The position numbers and the translations under genes are program-made. The notes below the pieces were generated by a model that worked only from the letters and a program-made list of their open reading frames with translations, was not told where the DNA came from and searched no databases. Shown in pieces: positions 18,665 to 30,438 of a stretch of DNA of 64,000 bases; the stretch's first letter is position 1; each line of letters begins with the position of its first letter. Origin of the DNA: a virus; the IMG/VR virus record IMGVR_UViG_3300045988_170760, positions 56,298 to 120,297 of that record. One strand, written 5' to 3'.

Positions 18665-21600
18665 CTAAGTACAATTACAGCACGTTTAACAGCAAAAAAT
18701 GACGAATATATTAAATCTATTACAGGTGGTCAAGGAGTAATAGATGAACAGACTGGAGAATTGCGTTCTACATTCGATATTTTACAAGATTTAGCAGGTG
18801 CTTGGGATACATTAACTTCAGTAGAAAAACAAGAGTTGGCTGAAACTGTAGCAGGAAAAACTCAAAGGTCATTATTCACAGCTATTATGACAAACTTTGA
18901 AAGTGCTGTAGGTGCAACAGAAGCCGCATTGAATAGTGAGGGAAGTGCAGCTGCTGAAAATGAAAAAAGAATGGATAGTTTACAAGGAAAAACTCAACAG
19001 TTACAGGCTGCTTGGCAAGATTTTGCTCGTAATACAATTAATAGTGAATTAGTAAAAAGCATATTGAGCTTAGGAACAACAATATTAAATTTTGCTAATA
19101 GTGATATGGGAAGATTTATACTAGTGCTAGGGACTGCAACTACAGCAGTAGGATTATTAAAAAAAGCATTAACTGCTGATAATTTATTAAAGTTTGCAAG
19201 CGGTTTTAATTCTCTTACTAAAGCGGTAGCAGCAGGTACAACTGCATTCCAATTAGCGAGTGCTACAGGTGGAACATTCAGAGCATCAATGATAGCTGCT
19301 GGGGCAGGAGTAGAGGTGCTTACAAAATCATTATTGGCTAGTCCTTTATTTGGTGTGGTTGCAGCAGGAATGGCTATTTGGGGTATTATCGAAGCTATTA
19401 ATGTATTAATGCCAAAAATGGAAGATTTGTCTAAGGCTACAGAAGAAAGCACTGCTGCTTATGAAGAGCAAAAACAGAAGACGGAACAGATAAGAAATGA
19501 ATTAGATAGTTTAAATACAGAAATTACTGAATTAGAAAAAAAGGGGACTTTAACTTTTACAGATGAAAAAGAATTAGAAAACTTGAAAGAACAAAAAAAA
19601 GAGTTAGAAGATAGTTTGACTATTGCTGAGAAGCTAGAGAAAGCTAAGAAAGAAGCAGCTGCGATAGATATAGCTGAAGAGTTACAACATGTATCTAATA
19701 ATCCTTTTGAGTTTTTAAATGTTGATGATGCTGAAAGGTCTATAGAAGATGCGAAAAAGATATTAAAAGACGCTGGTGATGATTTGGCTGATATATTGGG
19801 TGGCAATGGAGAAAATATTAGAAGAGAAACTCAAGATATGGCATCTGCATATGTTCACTTAGCTGATGAAATTACAAAACAAAAAGAAAGAATGGCACAA
19901 GGTGATACGATTTCTGATGAAGACCAAGAAAAATTAGAAGAAATGGAAAGAGTATATAGTGAATTAGGAGGACATTTAGCTGAAAATGCAGAAAAATTTC
20001 AAGAGTGGTCTGAAACTCTAGAAGGCGGCGGTGAAGAAGCCGAAAAGACAAAGGGTATTGTAGATACATTATTAGATACAATTGATAAGGCATTAGATAC
20101 AACAGAAGATGTTACAGAAGCAACAGAAGAAGCAGGCAAAAGCATGAATGTCTATGAAGAAGACATACAAAAAACAACAGATGCCTTTAATGCTCAGTCT
20201 GAAGCATTAGATACAGCTCAGAAATCTTATGATGTTTTAAAATCAGCTATAGATGAATATAATAATAGTGGATATTTGTCTATTGATACCTTGCAATCTT
20301 TATTAGCATTAGATGATGAACATTTGGCTATGTTAAGTTTAGAAAATGGTCAATTAGCTTTAAATACTACTAGTATAGACCAAATGACCGATAGTTTAAT
20401 AGCTCAGAGGGTCAGTCAACTACAAGCTTCTGCTGCTCAAGATTTATATAATTTGGCTCTTGGTAATACCGAAAGTTTGTCTTCAGTAGCAAAAAATGCA
20501 ATTGCTAATGCAGGGACATCAGCAGAAATTACTGGAAATCAATTTTCTAGTGCTGTCCCTAAAATAGCAGAATTTACAGCAGCTTTAAATGAAGCGAAAA
20601 AGGCTGCTGGAGATGCAACAGCTGGTGGACAGGAAAATTTTGAAGCAGATGCCCAAAAAATAATTTCTTCATATCAAAATATATTCAGTGGAATTACTGC
20701 TTTGGGTGGTTCTACAACTAAAGCAGGAGGAACATCAGGAAGTGGACACAGATATACTGGTAGTTCATCAGGTAGAAAATCATCAGGAGGCTCAGGTAAG
20801 AAATCTTCTAGTAAATCTGCCAAGGAAGAATATAAGCCAGAAGTTGATGCATTATATTGGTATAAAAATGCCTTAGATAATGCTGAAGAAAGTGTAGACA
20901 AGCTAAATGATGCACTAAAAAATACTGATAACTTTAACGAACAGGAGAAATATTTAAATCAGTTAATTGAAGCTACTAATAATCAAATCAATAAGACTAA
21001 CGATTTGAAAAATGCTCAAGTAGGGCAAATAAATGATTTTATTAATCAGTTAAGACAGCAAGGGTTTGCTATTGATTATAATAGCCAAAGTAATGAGTTA
21101 TATATTAATAATATGCAACATTTATCAGACTTTACTGGAGATGCTGCTAAGAATATAGAAAAGTTAATAGATAAAATTCAAGATTTAAATGATGATAATA
21201 GAGACTTAGATAGCTCTGTAAGAGACTTAACATCTGATGTAAAAGATTATTATGACCAATTAGCTGAAATACCTGAGAAGAAACTTGAGAAGTTCAATGA
21301 TTTGATGGAAGAATTCCAACAAAGTAGATTAGACCAAGTCCAATATCAAATTGAAGACCTTGAACATGAGATGGAAAATGACCCAAGATTAAAGGCATTA
21401 GAGGAACAAATTGAAGCATTAGAAAAACAAAATGATGAACTAGACAAACAAGAAGAAATGGAAGAAAAACTTCTTGCTGTAGAAGAAGCAAAACTAAAGC
21501 TTCAAAATGCACAACAACAAAAGACATTACAAGTGTATAGGGAAGGACAAGGTTTCGTCTGGGAAGTTGACCCTGATGCTATTAAAGAAGCTCAAGAAGA

Positions 21601-22183
21601 ATTAGAAGATGCACAAAAAGATTTAAATGAACAGATAAAAGATGACCAACTTGAGCAATTAGAAGCAGAAAAAGAAGCAATTGAAAAGAGTTATCAAGAT
21701 AGAATAGATGCTTTAGAAAAATTTTTAGATGAGCAAGAATATATCATTGATAAAGCTAATAGAGAAGGAATTCAAACATTTGAAGAACTAAGAAGCGAAT
21801 TAGCAAAATATGGACTAGATAGTGCTGAATATTTAGGTAAAGCAACTGAGTGGTTAAATAATTACAATTCTGCATTAGCTAACTTGAATAATACAGTACA
21901 AGGAGTATTAGCTTCTTCAGGAGATGCAACAAGTGAATTAATTTATAGTTCAGCAATGCAAAGTAGAATAAATCAAGCTTTATCTAGCGTATTGCCAGAA
22001 GTTGCCGCTAATTCTAATATGTTTGGTAGTGGTGTCAACTATGATAAGGTATCTAATAGTAATAGTCAAACAGTATATATTAATACAGTAGAATTACCAA
22101 ATGTCCAAGATAGTGAGGACTTTATTAGTGAATTAAAGAATTTACCTAGAATGGCTACCTCACAATCAGCATTAAGAAAATAA
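18665..22183 (+). CDS. Tail tape measure protein, exon 2
   Basis: Frame is open from 18656. It continues the TMP core (FDILQDLAGAWDTLTSVEKQELAETVAGKTQRS), then TM-like segments and long coiled coils. Spliced product is 1432 aa. Confidence 0.85.
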   Translation, partial: LSTITARLTAKNDEYIKSITGGQGVIDEQTGELRSTFDILQDLAGAWDTLTSVEKQELAETVAGKTQRSLFTAIMTNFESAVGATEAALNSEGSAAAENEKRMDSLQGKTQQLQAAWQDFARNTINSELVKSILSLGTTILNFANSDMGRFILVLGTATTAVGLLKKALTADNLLKFASGFNSLTKAVAAGTTAFQLASATGGTFRASMIAAGAGVEVLTKSLLASPLFGVVAAGMAIWGIIEAINVLMPKMEDLSKATEESTAAYEEQKQKTEQIRNELDSLNTEITELEKKGTLTFTDEKELENLKEQKKELEDSLTIAEKLEKAKKEAAAIDIAEELQHVSNNPFEFLNVDDAERSIEDAKKILKDAGDDLADILGGNGENIRRETQDMASAYVHLADEITKQKERMAQGDTISDEDQEKLEEMERVYSELGGHLAENAEKFQEWSETLEGGGEEAEKTKGIVDTLLDTIDKALDTTEDVTEATEEAGKSMNVYEEDIQKTTDAFNAQSEALDTAQKSYDVLKSAIDEYNNSGYLSIDTLQSLLALDDEHLAMLSLENGQLALNTTSIDQMTDSLIAQRVSQLQASAAQDLYNLALGNTESLSSVAKNAIANAGTSAEITGNQFSSAVPKIAEFTAALNEAKKAAGDATAGGQENFEADAQKIISSYQNIFSGITALGGSTTKAGGTSGSGHRYTGSSSGRKSSGGSGKKSSSKSAKEEYKPEVDALYWYKNALDNAEESVDKLNDALKNTDNFNEQEKYLNQLIEATNNQINKTNDLKNAQVGQINDFINQLRQQGFAIDYNSQSNELYINNMQHLSDFTGDAAKNIEKLIDKIQDLNDDNRDLDSSVRDLTSDVKDYYDQLAEIPEKKLEKFNDLMEEFQQSRLDQVQYQIEDLEHEMENDPRLKALEEQIEALEKQNDELDKQEEMEEKLLAVEEAKLKLQNAQQQKTLQVYREGQGFVWEVDPDAIKEAQEELEDAQKDLNEQIKDDQLEQLEAEKEAIEKSYQDRIDALEKFLDEQEYIIDKANREGIQTFEELRSELAKYGLDSAEYLGKATEWLNNYNSALANLNNTVQGVLASSGDATSELIYSSAMQSRINQALSSVLPEVAANSNMFGSGVNYDKVSNSNSQTVYINTVELPNVQDSEDFISELKNLPRMATSQSALRK

Positions 22184-22200
22184 AAGAAAGGAGTTTTAAT

Positions 22201-23544
22201 ATGTCAGCAAAATCAAAACAAGGGTTAAATTATATTATACAAGCTATTAATAATATAGTAGAGCCTAAGGTTTCTTCATTAAGATATGATAAAACATATA
22301 GAGCAAAGGTTACTCAAGAAATAGATGCAGGAATATATGTTGTTCAAATTAATGGAGTGGAATATCAGTTGCCTTATAGTGGAACTTTAAATGTTGGAGA
22401 TATAGTAAAAGTTAAAGCTCCTTTGAATAATTTTTCAGATATATATATAGAAGCATTACCAGGTTCTGGAGGAGGAGAAGGTGGGACTACAAATTATAAT
22501 GACCTTACCAATAAACCAATTCTGAATACTGATAATGCTTCTTCTTTAAGTATAAATAAAGAAGAAATCATAAGAGGTACTATTTCATTGCATAAAATTT
22601 CTAAAACTGGTAGTTATAATGATTTAAATAATTTGCCTAGTTTAGATTTTATACCAAATTCACAAAAGGGTGCCAATAATGGTGTAGCAACATTAGGAGC
22701 AAATGGTAGAGTCCCAACTACCCAACTACCTTCTGATGTTGTATATGATGCCAATTATGTTCATACTGATGAAAATTTTACTTCTGTATTATTAAATAAG
22801 TTAAATGATATAGAAGCAGGGGCACAAGTAAACAAAATAGAATTAATAAAAAAAAATGGAGTAGATTTAGAAATACAAGATAAAAGCGTAAACATATTGG
22901 TTCCGTTAAAAACTAGTGAATTAGAAAATGATGGTGATGGGACTAATCCATTTGTAACTACAGGAAAAATAGCATCTACTACCACTTTAGGATTAATTAA
23001 AGTTGGAGCAAATCTAAGTATAACTTCTGATGGAACTTTGAATGCCATAGGTGGAGGCGGAGGTACTGGCACAGAAGAAGTAGACATTTCAGATACAGAA
23101 CCTACTGAGGAAACTATTAAGTTATGGGTAGATACTTCTGCTACAGGAGGTTCTTCAAGTGATATATTAGATAAAGTATATCCTATTGGTTCAATTTATA
23201 TGTCTACAGCGAATGTTTCTCCTGAAAGCTTCTTAGGTGGAACTTGGGAAAGATATGGAAAAGGAAGAACATTAATGGGTGTAGATGAAGAAAATGACAA
23301 TTTCAATACAGTTAATAAGACAGGTGGAGAAGAAAGTCATGTATTGACAATATCAGAGGTGCCAGCCCATGCACATAATCTAGCCACATCTAGTGAAGAT
23401 GGAACACATATAGATGGATATTTTAAAGTTGGTTCTTATAACAAAAATAATGATAATTTAACTACTAGTATAGTTGGTGGAAGTCAAGCTCATAATAACT
23501 TATCACCATATATTACAGTATATATGTGGGAAAGAACCGCTTAA
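22201..23544 (+). CDS. Tail fibre/baseplate protein with collar-type C-terminal module
   Basis: YNDLTNKP and SELENDGDG fibre motifs, a Gly-rich hinge, and C-terminus GGEESHVLTISEVPAHAH ... HNNLSPYITVYMWERTA. Confidence 0.7.
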   Translation: MSAKSKQGLNYIIQAINNIVEPKVSSLRYDKTYRAKVTQEIDAGIYVVQINGVEYQLPYSGTLNVGDIVKVKAPLNNFSDIYIEALPGSGGGEGGTTNYNDLTNKPILNTDNASSLSINKEEIIRGTISLHKISKTGSYNDLNNLPSLDFIPNSQKGANNGVATLGANGRVPTTQLPSDVVYDANYVHTDENFTSVLLNKLNDIEAGAQVNKIELIKKNGVDLEIQDKSVNILVPLKTSELENDGDGTNPFVTTGKIASTTTLGLIKVGANLSITSDGTLNAIGGGGGTGTEEVDISDTEPTEETIKLWVDTSATGGSSSDILDKVYPIGSIYMSTANVSPESFLGGTWERYGKGRTLMGVDEENDNFNTVNKTGGEESHVLTISEVPAHAHNLATSSEDGTHIDGYFKVGSYNKNNDNLTTSIVGGSQAHNNLSPYITVYMWERTA

Positions 23545-23603
23545 ATAAAAACTAAATAAATATTTTATATAATAGATATTATATAAAGGAAGGAGAACAG
23601 TGA

Positions 23604-26600
23604 ATGGCAATACAACAATTAACGCAACCTATATTAAATCCAATAGTTGCATTTGATGCAACCAGAGCACATGCTATTGACTTTGTTGTAATTGGTGGAG
23701 CTCAAGTAATAGGTAATAGGTTAGTAATTAGTAATAACCAAACAGGAGCAGAAGTTTATAGTCAAATACAATCTACTATGAAATTGGAACATATAATTCC
23801 TGCCAATACACTAAGTAATGGTGGTTATTATAATGCTGTTGTTTATACTATAGATAGTGGTGGAAATGAAAGTGTATCTAGTATCGCTGTTCCATTTTAT
23901 TGTTATAGTCAGCCAGTCTTGACAATTGATAATATTCCTGCTACTGAAACTATAGAAAATGGTACTTATACATTTAGTGGAACTTATTTACAACAAGAAA
24001 ATGAAGCTTTAAACAGTTATCAATATACATTATATGACAGTAATAGAGAGATATTAAGTCAATCTCCTTTAATATATTATGAAGCTAATAATTCTTTATC
24101 TTATACATTTGTTGGTATGAGTAACGATACTTCTTATTATGTAGAATTGACTGGTCAAACAATAAATGGGACTCATATAACATCAGGATTAAGATATTTT
24201 ACGGTACGATATTTACAGCCAGCATCATTTGCAATTTGTGACTTAGTTAATAATTGTGAAGATGGATATATACAAATATCTTCTAATATTGTAGCAATTG
24301 ATGGACATTCAAATCCAGACCCACCAATTTATATAGATGATAAAGAGGTAGATTTGAGAGAACCAGGTTCGTGGGTAGAATGGAATGAAGGATTTAGAAT
24401 TCAAAATGATTTTACAATGAGAGTATGGGGTAGAGATTTTAATCCTTATCAAAATATTATTACGTTAACTAACGATATAAATTCAAGCACAACTCCAAAT
24501 AAGATAGAAATGAAATGGATGATAGGAGATGTTATAAAAAATTTACCTCAGTATAAAACCGTATATGGGCATAATGTTAACTTAGATAGTAGTGAAGAGG
24601 ATAAAATTAATAATTTAACAATAAGAGGAAACACAGTACAAAAGACAGAGAGTGGTGTTAGTCCTTCTCCTCAAAATCCTTCAAAAATTTATTCTGTTGG
24701 AGAAATAAAAAATTTAATAAATATAAAAGACTTTAATATTAAATATGACCAAGATTATAGCGTTGTAACTTTTACCAACTTTAAAATTAAACCAAATTAT
24801 ATTTATACGTTGTCTTTTGATTATACGGTAAATAGTACAACTACAGATTTATATTTTACAGTAGGATACGGAACAAATAATATATGGACTGATGCTATTG
24901 TTGAAAGTGAGCAATATATTAATCTATCATCAGGAAGAAATAAAATTACATTTGTAATACCTGATGAAACATCAGATGGTCAACCTATGCTTGACAACGT
25001 AGATATGTATTTTAAATTTGCAGAGACTATCATATTGGCTGATGTTGACGTAAATATTAGTAATATACAGTTAGAAGCAGGTGGAATTGCTACTGAATAT
25101 CAAGCACCTAACTTATATAATATATATCCTACTGCAACTGGTAAGAATATGTATGATTATAAAACGCCTCTATATTTAAAGAAAAGTAATATTACATATT
25201 CTAGTATACAAAATGGTTATAATATACAAGTTAAGTTGCCTAATCAGGAAAGTTATTTAGCTATAGGTTGCAAGAATATCTTAAATGCTAATGACACGTA
25301 TGCAATTTCTTATAATTATAGTGGAAACTTATCTTATTTTAAACTATATACGACAGATAAGGAAAGTCAAGAACAATTATCAGAAATTACTTTAGCTGAT
25401 GGGGTATTTACTGCACCAGAAGGTATATATGATTTGCAAATAGTAGTTGGGTTGGATAGTAGTACTGCATCAAATTTTTTAGAGATTTGGAATATACAAA
25501 TTGAGGCTAATGATGTAGTTAGTGAATATGAACCTTATGAGGCAACAAGTTCAATATTAACATTAGATGCTCCTTTAATGGCTTCAGTATCTGAGAATTT
25601 AGCAGATTTAGTAGCATTAACATCTCCAAATATTTTAGACCAATCGACACAAAATGCTAGTGTAGCAGGAAGTACAGTATATATATTGATGCAAGATGAG
25701 AATAATACTTATTATTTATGGTATTATAATGCTCAAGGTAATTTAATTAAATTCTTAGATGAAGAAGGTCATGAACAATCAGGAGTTGTAATAACAGGTA
25801 ATGAGGCATTTACAACACATAAGGATTGTGTTAAGATTACTATCACAAAAAGTAATAATCCTGATGCAAAAGATGTAACAGAAGATGAGATAATAGATAA
25901 TCATATTTATATAGAAAAAGGATATGTAACTGGATGGTATCCTTATTTTTCAAATCCAAGTCTTGTTAGACAAAATGGTCAAATAATATTAAATGGTACG
26001 GAAGATTGGGTAAAAAGACCTAATACAACTCATACATTTCAAATTGCAGCACCAGAATTAATAGTTGGTGGAATATGTAATTACTATTCTACATTTTCAT
26101 CATTAGAACAAATAGATAAACAAGATGGAATACATTTAACAAGTACTTCAACTATAATAATTACCGATATGAGATTTACTGACGTAGAAGATTTTAAAGC
26201 ATTTTTAACCCAAAACAGTGTAATAATTCAATATTATCGTTCTACTTTAAGTGTAATTCCTCTTACAGATATCCAAGCACAAGCACTAAAGGAATTAAAA
26301 ACATCTAACCCAATTTCTAATGTATTTACCTATAATGAAGCATTAGGCACAGTAGGATTTGATTATACTGATGGTTATGACGAGCAACAAACACAAAATG
26401 CTTATGTTCAACTAAAGTGTTATAATGCTAATAATATGCCATATTTTGTTCATAGTAATTATATAGATATTCCAGATGATGCTAGTAAGGTATTTATATG
26501 GTTAAGAAGGAAAAACAATTTATTTGATTTAAGGATTGAAGATTTAGGAGATTATAATGAGGATGATAATCCATCTGACGTAACCAAACCAATAGTAACA

Positions 26601-26867
26601 TTAGATATTAATCTTAATAATATAACGCAAAGTGAAATTCCTGTAACAGCAAATTCTATAGACGAAACAGGTTTAAGAACAGTAAGATTTAGTAAAGACA
26701 ATGGAGTTAGCTGGGATGAGATAGTTCCTGTTGATGGATTATCCTCAACTAATAGTTATACATTTACAAACTTAGCTCCAGATACATTCTATACAATTAG
26801 AGTAGAGGCAATTGATTTAACAGGAAATATTGGTGGTATGAGTCAAAGAGTAACAACAAAAGCATAG
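23604..26867 (+). CDS. Large tail-tip/baseplate structural protein with C-terminal FN3-like domain
   Basis: 1087 aa. The C-terminus (RTVRFSKDNGVSWDEI...YTFTNLAPDTFYTIRVEAIDLTGN) is FN3-like. Sits downstream of the TMP. Confidence 0.6.
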   Translation: MAIQQLTQPILNPIVAFDATRAHAIDFVVIGGAQVIGNRLVISNNQTGAEVYSQIQSTMKLEHIIPANTLSNGGYYNAVVYTIDSGGNESVSSIAVPFYCYSQPVLTIDNIPATETIENGTYTFSGTYLQQENEALNSYQYTLYDSNREILSQSPLIYYEANNSLSYTFVGMSNDTSYYVELTGQTINGTHITSGLRYFTVRYLQPASFAICDLVNNCEDGYIQISSNIVAIDGHSNPDPPIYIDDKEVDLREPGSWVEWNEGFRIQNDFTMRVWGRDFNPYQNIITLTNDINSSTTPNKIEMKWMIGDVIKNLPQYKTVYGHNVNLDSSEEDKINNLTIRGNTVQKTESGVSPSPQNPSKIYSVGEIKNLINIKDFNIKYDQDYSVVTFTNFKIKPNYIYTLSFDYTVNSTTTDLYFTVGYGTNNIWTDAIVESEQYINLSSGRNKITFVIPDETSDGQPMLDNVDMYFKFAETIILADVDVNISNIQLEAGGIATEYQAPNLYNIYPTATGKNMYDYKTPLYLKKSNITYSSIQNGYNIQVKLPNQESYLAIGCKNILNANDTYAISYNYSGNLSYFKLYTTDKESQEQLSEITLADGVFTAPEGIYDLQIVVGLDSSTASNFLEIWNIQIEANDVVSEYEPYEATSSILTLDAPLMASVSENLADLVALTSPNILDQSTQNASVAGSTVYILMQDENNTYYLWYYNAQGNLIKFLDEEGHEQSGVVITGNEAFTTHKDCVKITITKSNNPDAKDVTEDEIIDNHIYIEKGYVTGWYPYFSNPSLVRQNGQIILNGTEDWVKRPNTTHTFQIAAPELIVGGICNYYSTFSSLEQIDKQDGIHLTSTSTIIITDMRFTDVEDFKAFLTQNSVIIQYYRSTLSVIPLTDIQAQALKELKTSNPISNVFTYNEALGTVGFDYTDGYDEQQTQNAYVQLKCYNANNMPYFVHSNYIDIPDDASKVFIWLRRKNNLFDLRIEDLGDYNEDDNPSDVTKPIVTLDINLNNITQSEIPVTANSIDETGLRTVRFSKDNGVSWDEIVPVDGLSSTNSYTFTNLAPDTFYTIRVEAIDLTGNIGGMSQRVTTKA

Positions 26868-26883
26868 GAAAGGTGGCTAGTAT

Positions 26884-27783
26884 ATGATATTTTTAGGATA
26901 TAATTTCTTGCAGGACAGGTATTGCTGGCAACCTGTTCCTACAAATTTAATAAATATAGAAGATGTAATATTAAAGAATGGAATATATGACCATTTTAAT
27001 ATTACTAAAGATGTAGATTTCCCATATATTACAACATATCCAGGAGCATGGGATTTAAATACTCAAATGGATGCTGATTTCAATGGAAATATTAATGCTG
27101 GTAATATTGATTATGTTGTAACACAAATTAGTAATATAAAAATCAAAAGAAGAAAAAAAGGAACGTTTGATTGGTATACTTTATATAATATACCAGTAGA
27201 AAATCCAACTGATATAGATTTTGTAAGATATGATTATTTAGCCCAAAATGATACTGATTATGAATATGCTATAGTTCCAATTATTGGAAATGTAGAAGGA
27301 GAGTATTCAATGAATAGTATTACATCTGAATTTTATGGTGTATTTATTACAGATGGTCAAAGTAGTTATAAGTTTAAAGAAGGTGCAAGTTATAGTAACA
27401 ATGAAAGGGTACATTTGACAGCTACATATGAGCCTTATGGAAGTAAATATCCTATTGTAGTAAGTAATGGACAACTAAGTTATGACAAGGGTACGGTAGG
27501 TGGAAATGTAATTGTGTTTACAGCTGATGAACAATTAGATAGGAAGCAAACAGTAGAGAGATTACAGGCAATTAAAAACTTTTTAGCAACTCCTTCTGCA
27601 AAAATATTAAAAGATTTTAATGGAAATATTTGGCTTGTAACTTTAAGTGATAATTTACCAGTAACATATTATTCAGAGATAGGGATGGGATTTGCGAGAG
27701 TAGATTTTAACTGGTCTGAAATTGGAAATCCTGATAGTGGTCAAGATTTATATGATAGTAATTTAATTTATGCGAATAATTAG
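26884..27783 (+). CDS. Hypothetical baseplate/tail protein
   Basis: RBS aaaggtgg. 299 aa. Call rests on context only. Confidence 0.5.
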   Translation: MIFLGYNFLQDRYCWQPVPTNLINIEDVILKNGIYDHFNITKDVDFPYITTYPGAWDLNTQMDADFNGNINAGNIDYVVTQISNIKIKRRKKGTFDWYTLYNIPVENPTDIDFVRYDYLAQNDTDYEYAIVPIIGNVEGEYSMNSITSEFYGVFITDGQSSYKFKEGASYSNNERVHLTATYEPYGSKYPIVVSNGQLSYDKGTVGGNVIVFTADEQLDRKQTVERLQAIKNFLATPSAKILKDFNGNIWLVTLSDNLPVTYYSEIGMGFARVDFNWSEIGNPDSGQDLYDSNLIYANN

Positions 27784-27801
27784 AAAGGTAGGTGTTTACA
27801 G

Positions 27802-29028
27802 GTGGCAGTAACTCCAACACAAACAGATTATGATTTAATACAGATGAAAGTTAGAAATACTAAAATAAAAATAGAAGTATTAAACTTTAATTTTCAAACT
27901 GTGAATTCTTTAGAAGGAAGAGTAACATCAGGTAGTATTAGTGTTGATGCAACTTCAGATATTAGAAGAACCTGTAGCATTACACTGGTAGTTGATAGGG
28001 CAGACACAATGATTGCTCCTGGAGGAGAGTTGTGGATTGATAAATTTATTAAGGTTTATCAAGGTGTAGATAACCCAAGAGATAATGGAGCCACCGTGTG
28101 GTGGAATATGGGTATATTTTTAATTAATAACCCAAATAGCGTATATAATTCTACAACTAGAACTATAACTTTTGAAGGATTGGATTTGATGGCTAAATTA
28201 TCAGGTAGAAGAAATGGTCAGCTACCAGCTGTAACTACCGTCATACCAGCAGAAAGTAAAATAGCTAATGTCGTAAAACAGACTATTACTCAATTAGGAG
28301 GATTTAACAAGTATATTATTGAAGATGTAGGGTATACTGTTCCTTATGACATAAAAAAAGATATGGGTTCCACTATATATGATTTATTAGTAGAACTAAG
28401 AGACTTATATGCTGGATGGGAAATGTTTTTTGATGTTGATGGTGTATTCCATTGGCAACAAATACCAGATGGTGTTAATGAACCTGTTGTGTTAGATTTT
28501 GACCAGTTGAGTCAACAGTTAATTATTAATGATAGTATAGATGTTGATTTTGAAAATGTAAAAAATAATATTATAGTATATGGAAGATTATTAGACACAG
28601 GAGAACAAGTAATGGCTACAAGAATGGACACTTTATCTGACAGTCCATTTAATATAAGCAACATTGGTCAAATTAATTACATAGTAGATGATGAACGTAT
28701 ATATAATAATGACTTAGCTAGACAAAGAGCAAATTATGAATTATTTTTACATGCTAGAATGAATGATGCTATTGTTTTAGAAACTGTGCCAATACCTTGG
28801 TTGAATGATGTTAATATTAAGATAAAACATACTAATGAGATAATAGGAATTGTGGGTGAATTTTTAATAAAAAGCTTAGAAATTCCATTAGATGTCGGTT
28901 CAAATATGGTAATTAATGCTATTAAGGTATATGAAGATGAGCCAGAAATAATTTCGTATACAAATGAATATTTGTCTTGTGGAGAAGCTTATTCTACACA
29001 ACAAAATCAATTTCCATATTATGAATAA
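27802..29028 (+). CDS. Hypothetical baseplate/tail-tip protein
   Basis: GTG start with RBS aaaggtaggtg. 408 aa. Call rests on context only. Confidence 0.5.
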   Translation: MAVTPTQTDYDLIQMKVRNTKIKIEVLNFNFQTVNSLEGRVTSGSISVDATSDIRRTCSITLVVDRADTMIAPGGELWIDKFIKVYQGVDNPRDNGATVWWNMGIFLINNPNSVYNSTTRTITFEGLDLMAKLSGRRNGQLPAVTTVIPAESKIANVVKQTITQLGGFNKYIIEDVGYTVPYDIKKDMGSTIYDLLVELRDLYAGWEMFFDVDGVFHWQQIPDGVNEPVVLDFDQLSQQLIINDSIDVDFENVKNNIIVYGRLLDTGEQVMATRMDTLSDSPFNISNIGQINYIVDDERIYNNDLARQRANYELFLHARMNDAIVLETVPIPWLNDVNIKIKHTNEIIGIVGEFLIKSLEIPLDVGSNMVINAIKVYEDEPEIISYTNEYLSCGEAYSTQQNQFPYYE

Positions 29029-29046
29029 TGAAAGGAGAGAATTGTT

Positions 29047-29673
29047 ATGTATGTAAAGCAAATGTGGGAAGATAGGCAAGTTGAATTCCCTATGACTTTT
29101 ACTATGGTAGAAAATGATAACGGTACTGTAACATTAACACCATATCCTGGAGTGGTTTCCAACGAAGGGACAAAATTTACAGCTGCAAGAATGAATAATA
29201 TTGAGGATGGAATTTTTAATGGTTCTGTGCCTACAGGATGTATATTACCATTTGGTGGAAATAATGCTCCTCAAGGATTTTTATTATGTGATGGTTCTGC
29301 TGTAAATAGAACCACATATGCAGATTTATTTGCAGTGTTAGGTACTACATATGGAGAAGGAGATAATTCAACTACATTTAATTTACCAGATATGAGAGGA
29401 AAAGTTGCAGTTGGGCTAAATACAAAAGGTGCATTTGATAGTCTTGGTAAAAGTACTGGAGAAGAGGCACACCAATTGACTATAGCAGAAATGCCTAGCC
29501 ACGAACATAATCTTGCTATTGATGGAGGTTCGGATGCAGGAGTTATGGATAGAGTTATGTTAAATGGTTATAATTCAGCCAGGTGGTATTCTAATGTTAG
29601 AGCAACTGGAGGAAATCAATCTCATAATAATATTCAACCTTCATTAGTGTTTAATTATATAATAAAGACATAG
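29047..29673 (+). CDS. Phage tail collar domain protein
   Basis: Classic collar pattern PQGFLLCDGSAVNRTTYADLFAVLGTTYGEGDNSTTFNLPDMRGK, then EEAHQLTIAEMPSHEH ... HNNIQPS. Confidence 0.8.
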   Translation: MYVKQMWEDRQVEFPMTFTMVENDNGTVTLTPYPGVVSNEGTKFTAARMNNIEDGIFNGSVPTGCILPFGGNNAPQGFLLCDGSAVNRTTYADLFAVLGTTYGEGDNSTTFNLPDMRGKVAVGLNTKGAFDSLGKSTGEEAHQLTIAEMPSHEHNLAIDGGSDAGVMDRVMLNGYNSARWYSNVRATGGNQSHNNIQPSLVFNYIIKT

Positions 29674-29688
29674 AAAGGAGAACAAATA

Positions 29689-30423
29689 ATGTCAGCTTTA
29701 TATCCAGATTTAGATTTTACAAATTATCCTGGAGAATTAGATAATATAACATTAAAGAGTAATATTACTAATGCTACGGATGCACAGTTAGTAGCCCAAA
29801 TTCAAGCTTCTATATTAGCAGGTGATTTTGCTAATGCTAGTGCAATTTTAAATGCTAATCCTCAGTTAAATGGTAAAATATTTAATGCTAATGATTATAA
29901 TCAAATTAGAGATGCTATTTTAGCTTTAGAGAGATTTTACAATAGTGATATAAAAAATTATATAACAGAAAAACAAGCTGCGTGGGTTGCAGAAGTTGAT
30001 AAATTTAATTATAAGGGAGTATATAGTCCTACCACTCAGTATTATAAAAATAATATGGTAGATTATACTACTACGGAAGGTACATTCCTTTATTTATGTA
30101 TTCAGCAACCAGATACTGGTATTGCTCCTACTAATACAAATTATTGGAGAATTTTAACATTAAGAGGAGAAAGGGGATTATCAGGAGAAGGTTTATCTTT
30201 TGCATGGGTTTGGGATAGCACAACGGAATATAATACAAATGATGTGGTAGTATATGGTAATAAGTGGTGGGTATCTACTCAAGTAAATAGAGGACAACAA
30301 CCAGCTAATGGGTCAGCGTATTGGACAGAGATTTTGACAGCATTACCAGCTATACAAATACCTGTAACAGAAATACAACCAACAGACCAAATAATTGGAG
30401 ACCAATGGTATCAAGTAATATAA
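29689..30423 (+). CDS. Tail fibre-like protein with aromatic-rich carbohydrate-binding-like repeats
   Basis: N-terminus is paralogous to the N-terminus of the 30439 gene. Repeats of the type Y..NDVV.YGNKWW... Confidence 0.55.
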   Translation: MSALYPDLDFTNYPGELDNITLKSNITNATDAQLVAQIQASILAGDFANASAILNANPQLNGKIFNANDYNQIRDAILALERFYNSDIKNYITEKQAAWVAEVDKFNYKGVYSPTTQYYKNNMVDYTTTEGTFLYLCIQQPDTGIAPTNTNYWRILTLRGERGLSGEGLSFAWVWDSTTEYNTNDVVVYGNKWWVSTQVNRGQQPANGSAYWTEILTALPAIQIPVTEIQPTDQIIGDQWYQVI

Positions 30424-30438
30424 GAGAGGAGGATAATA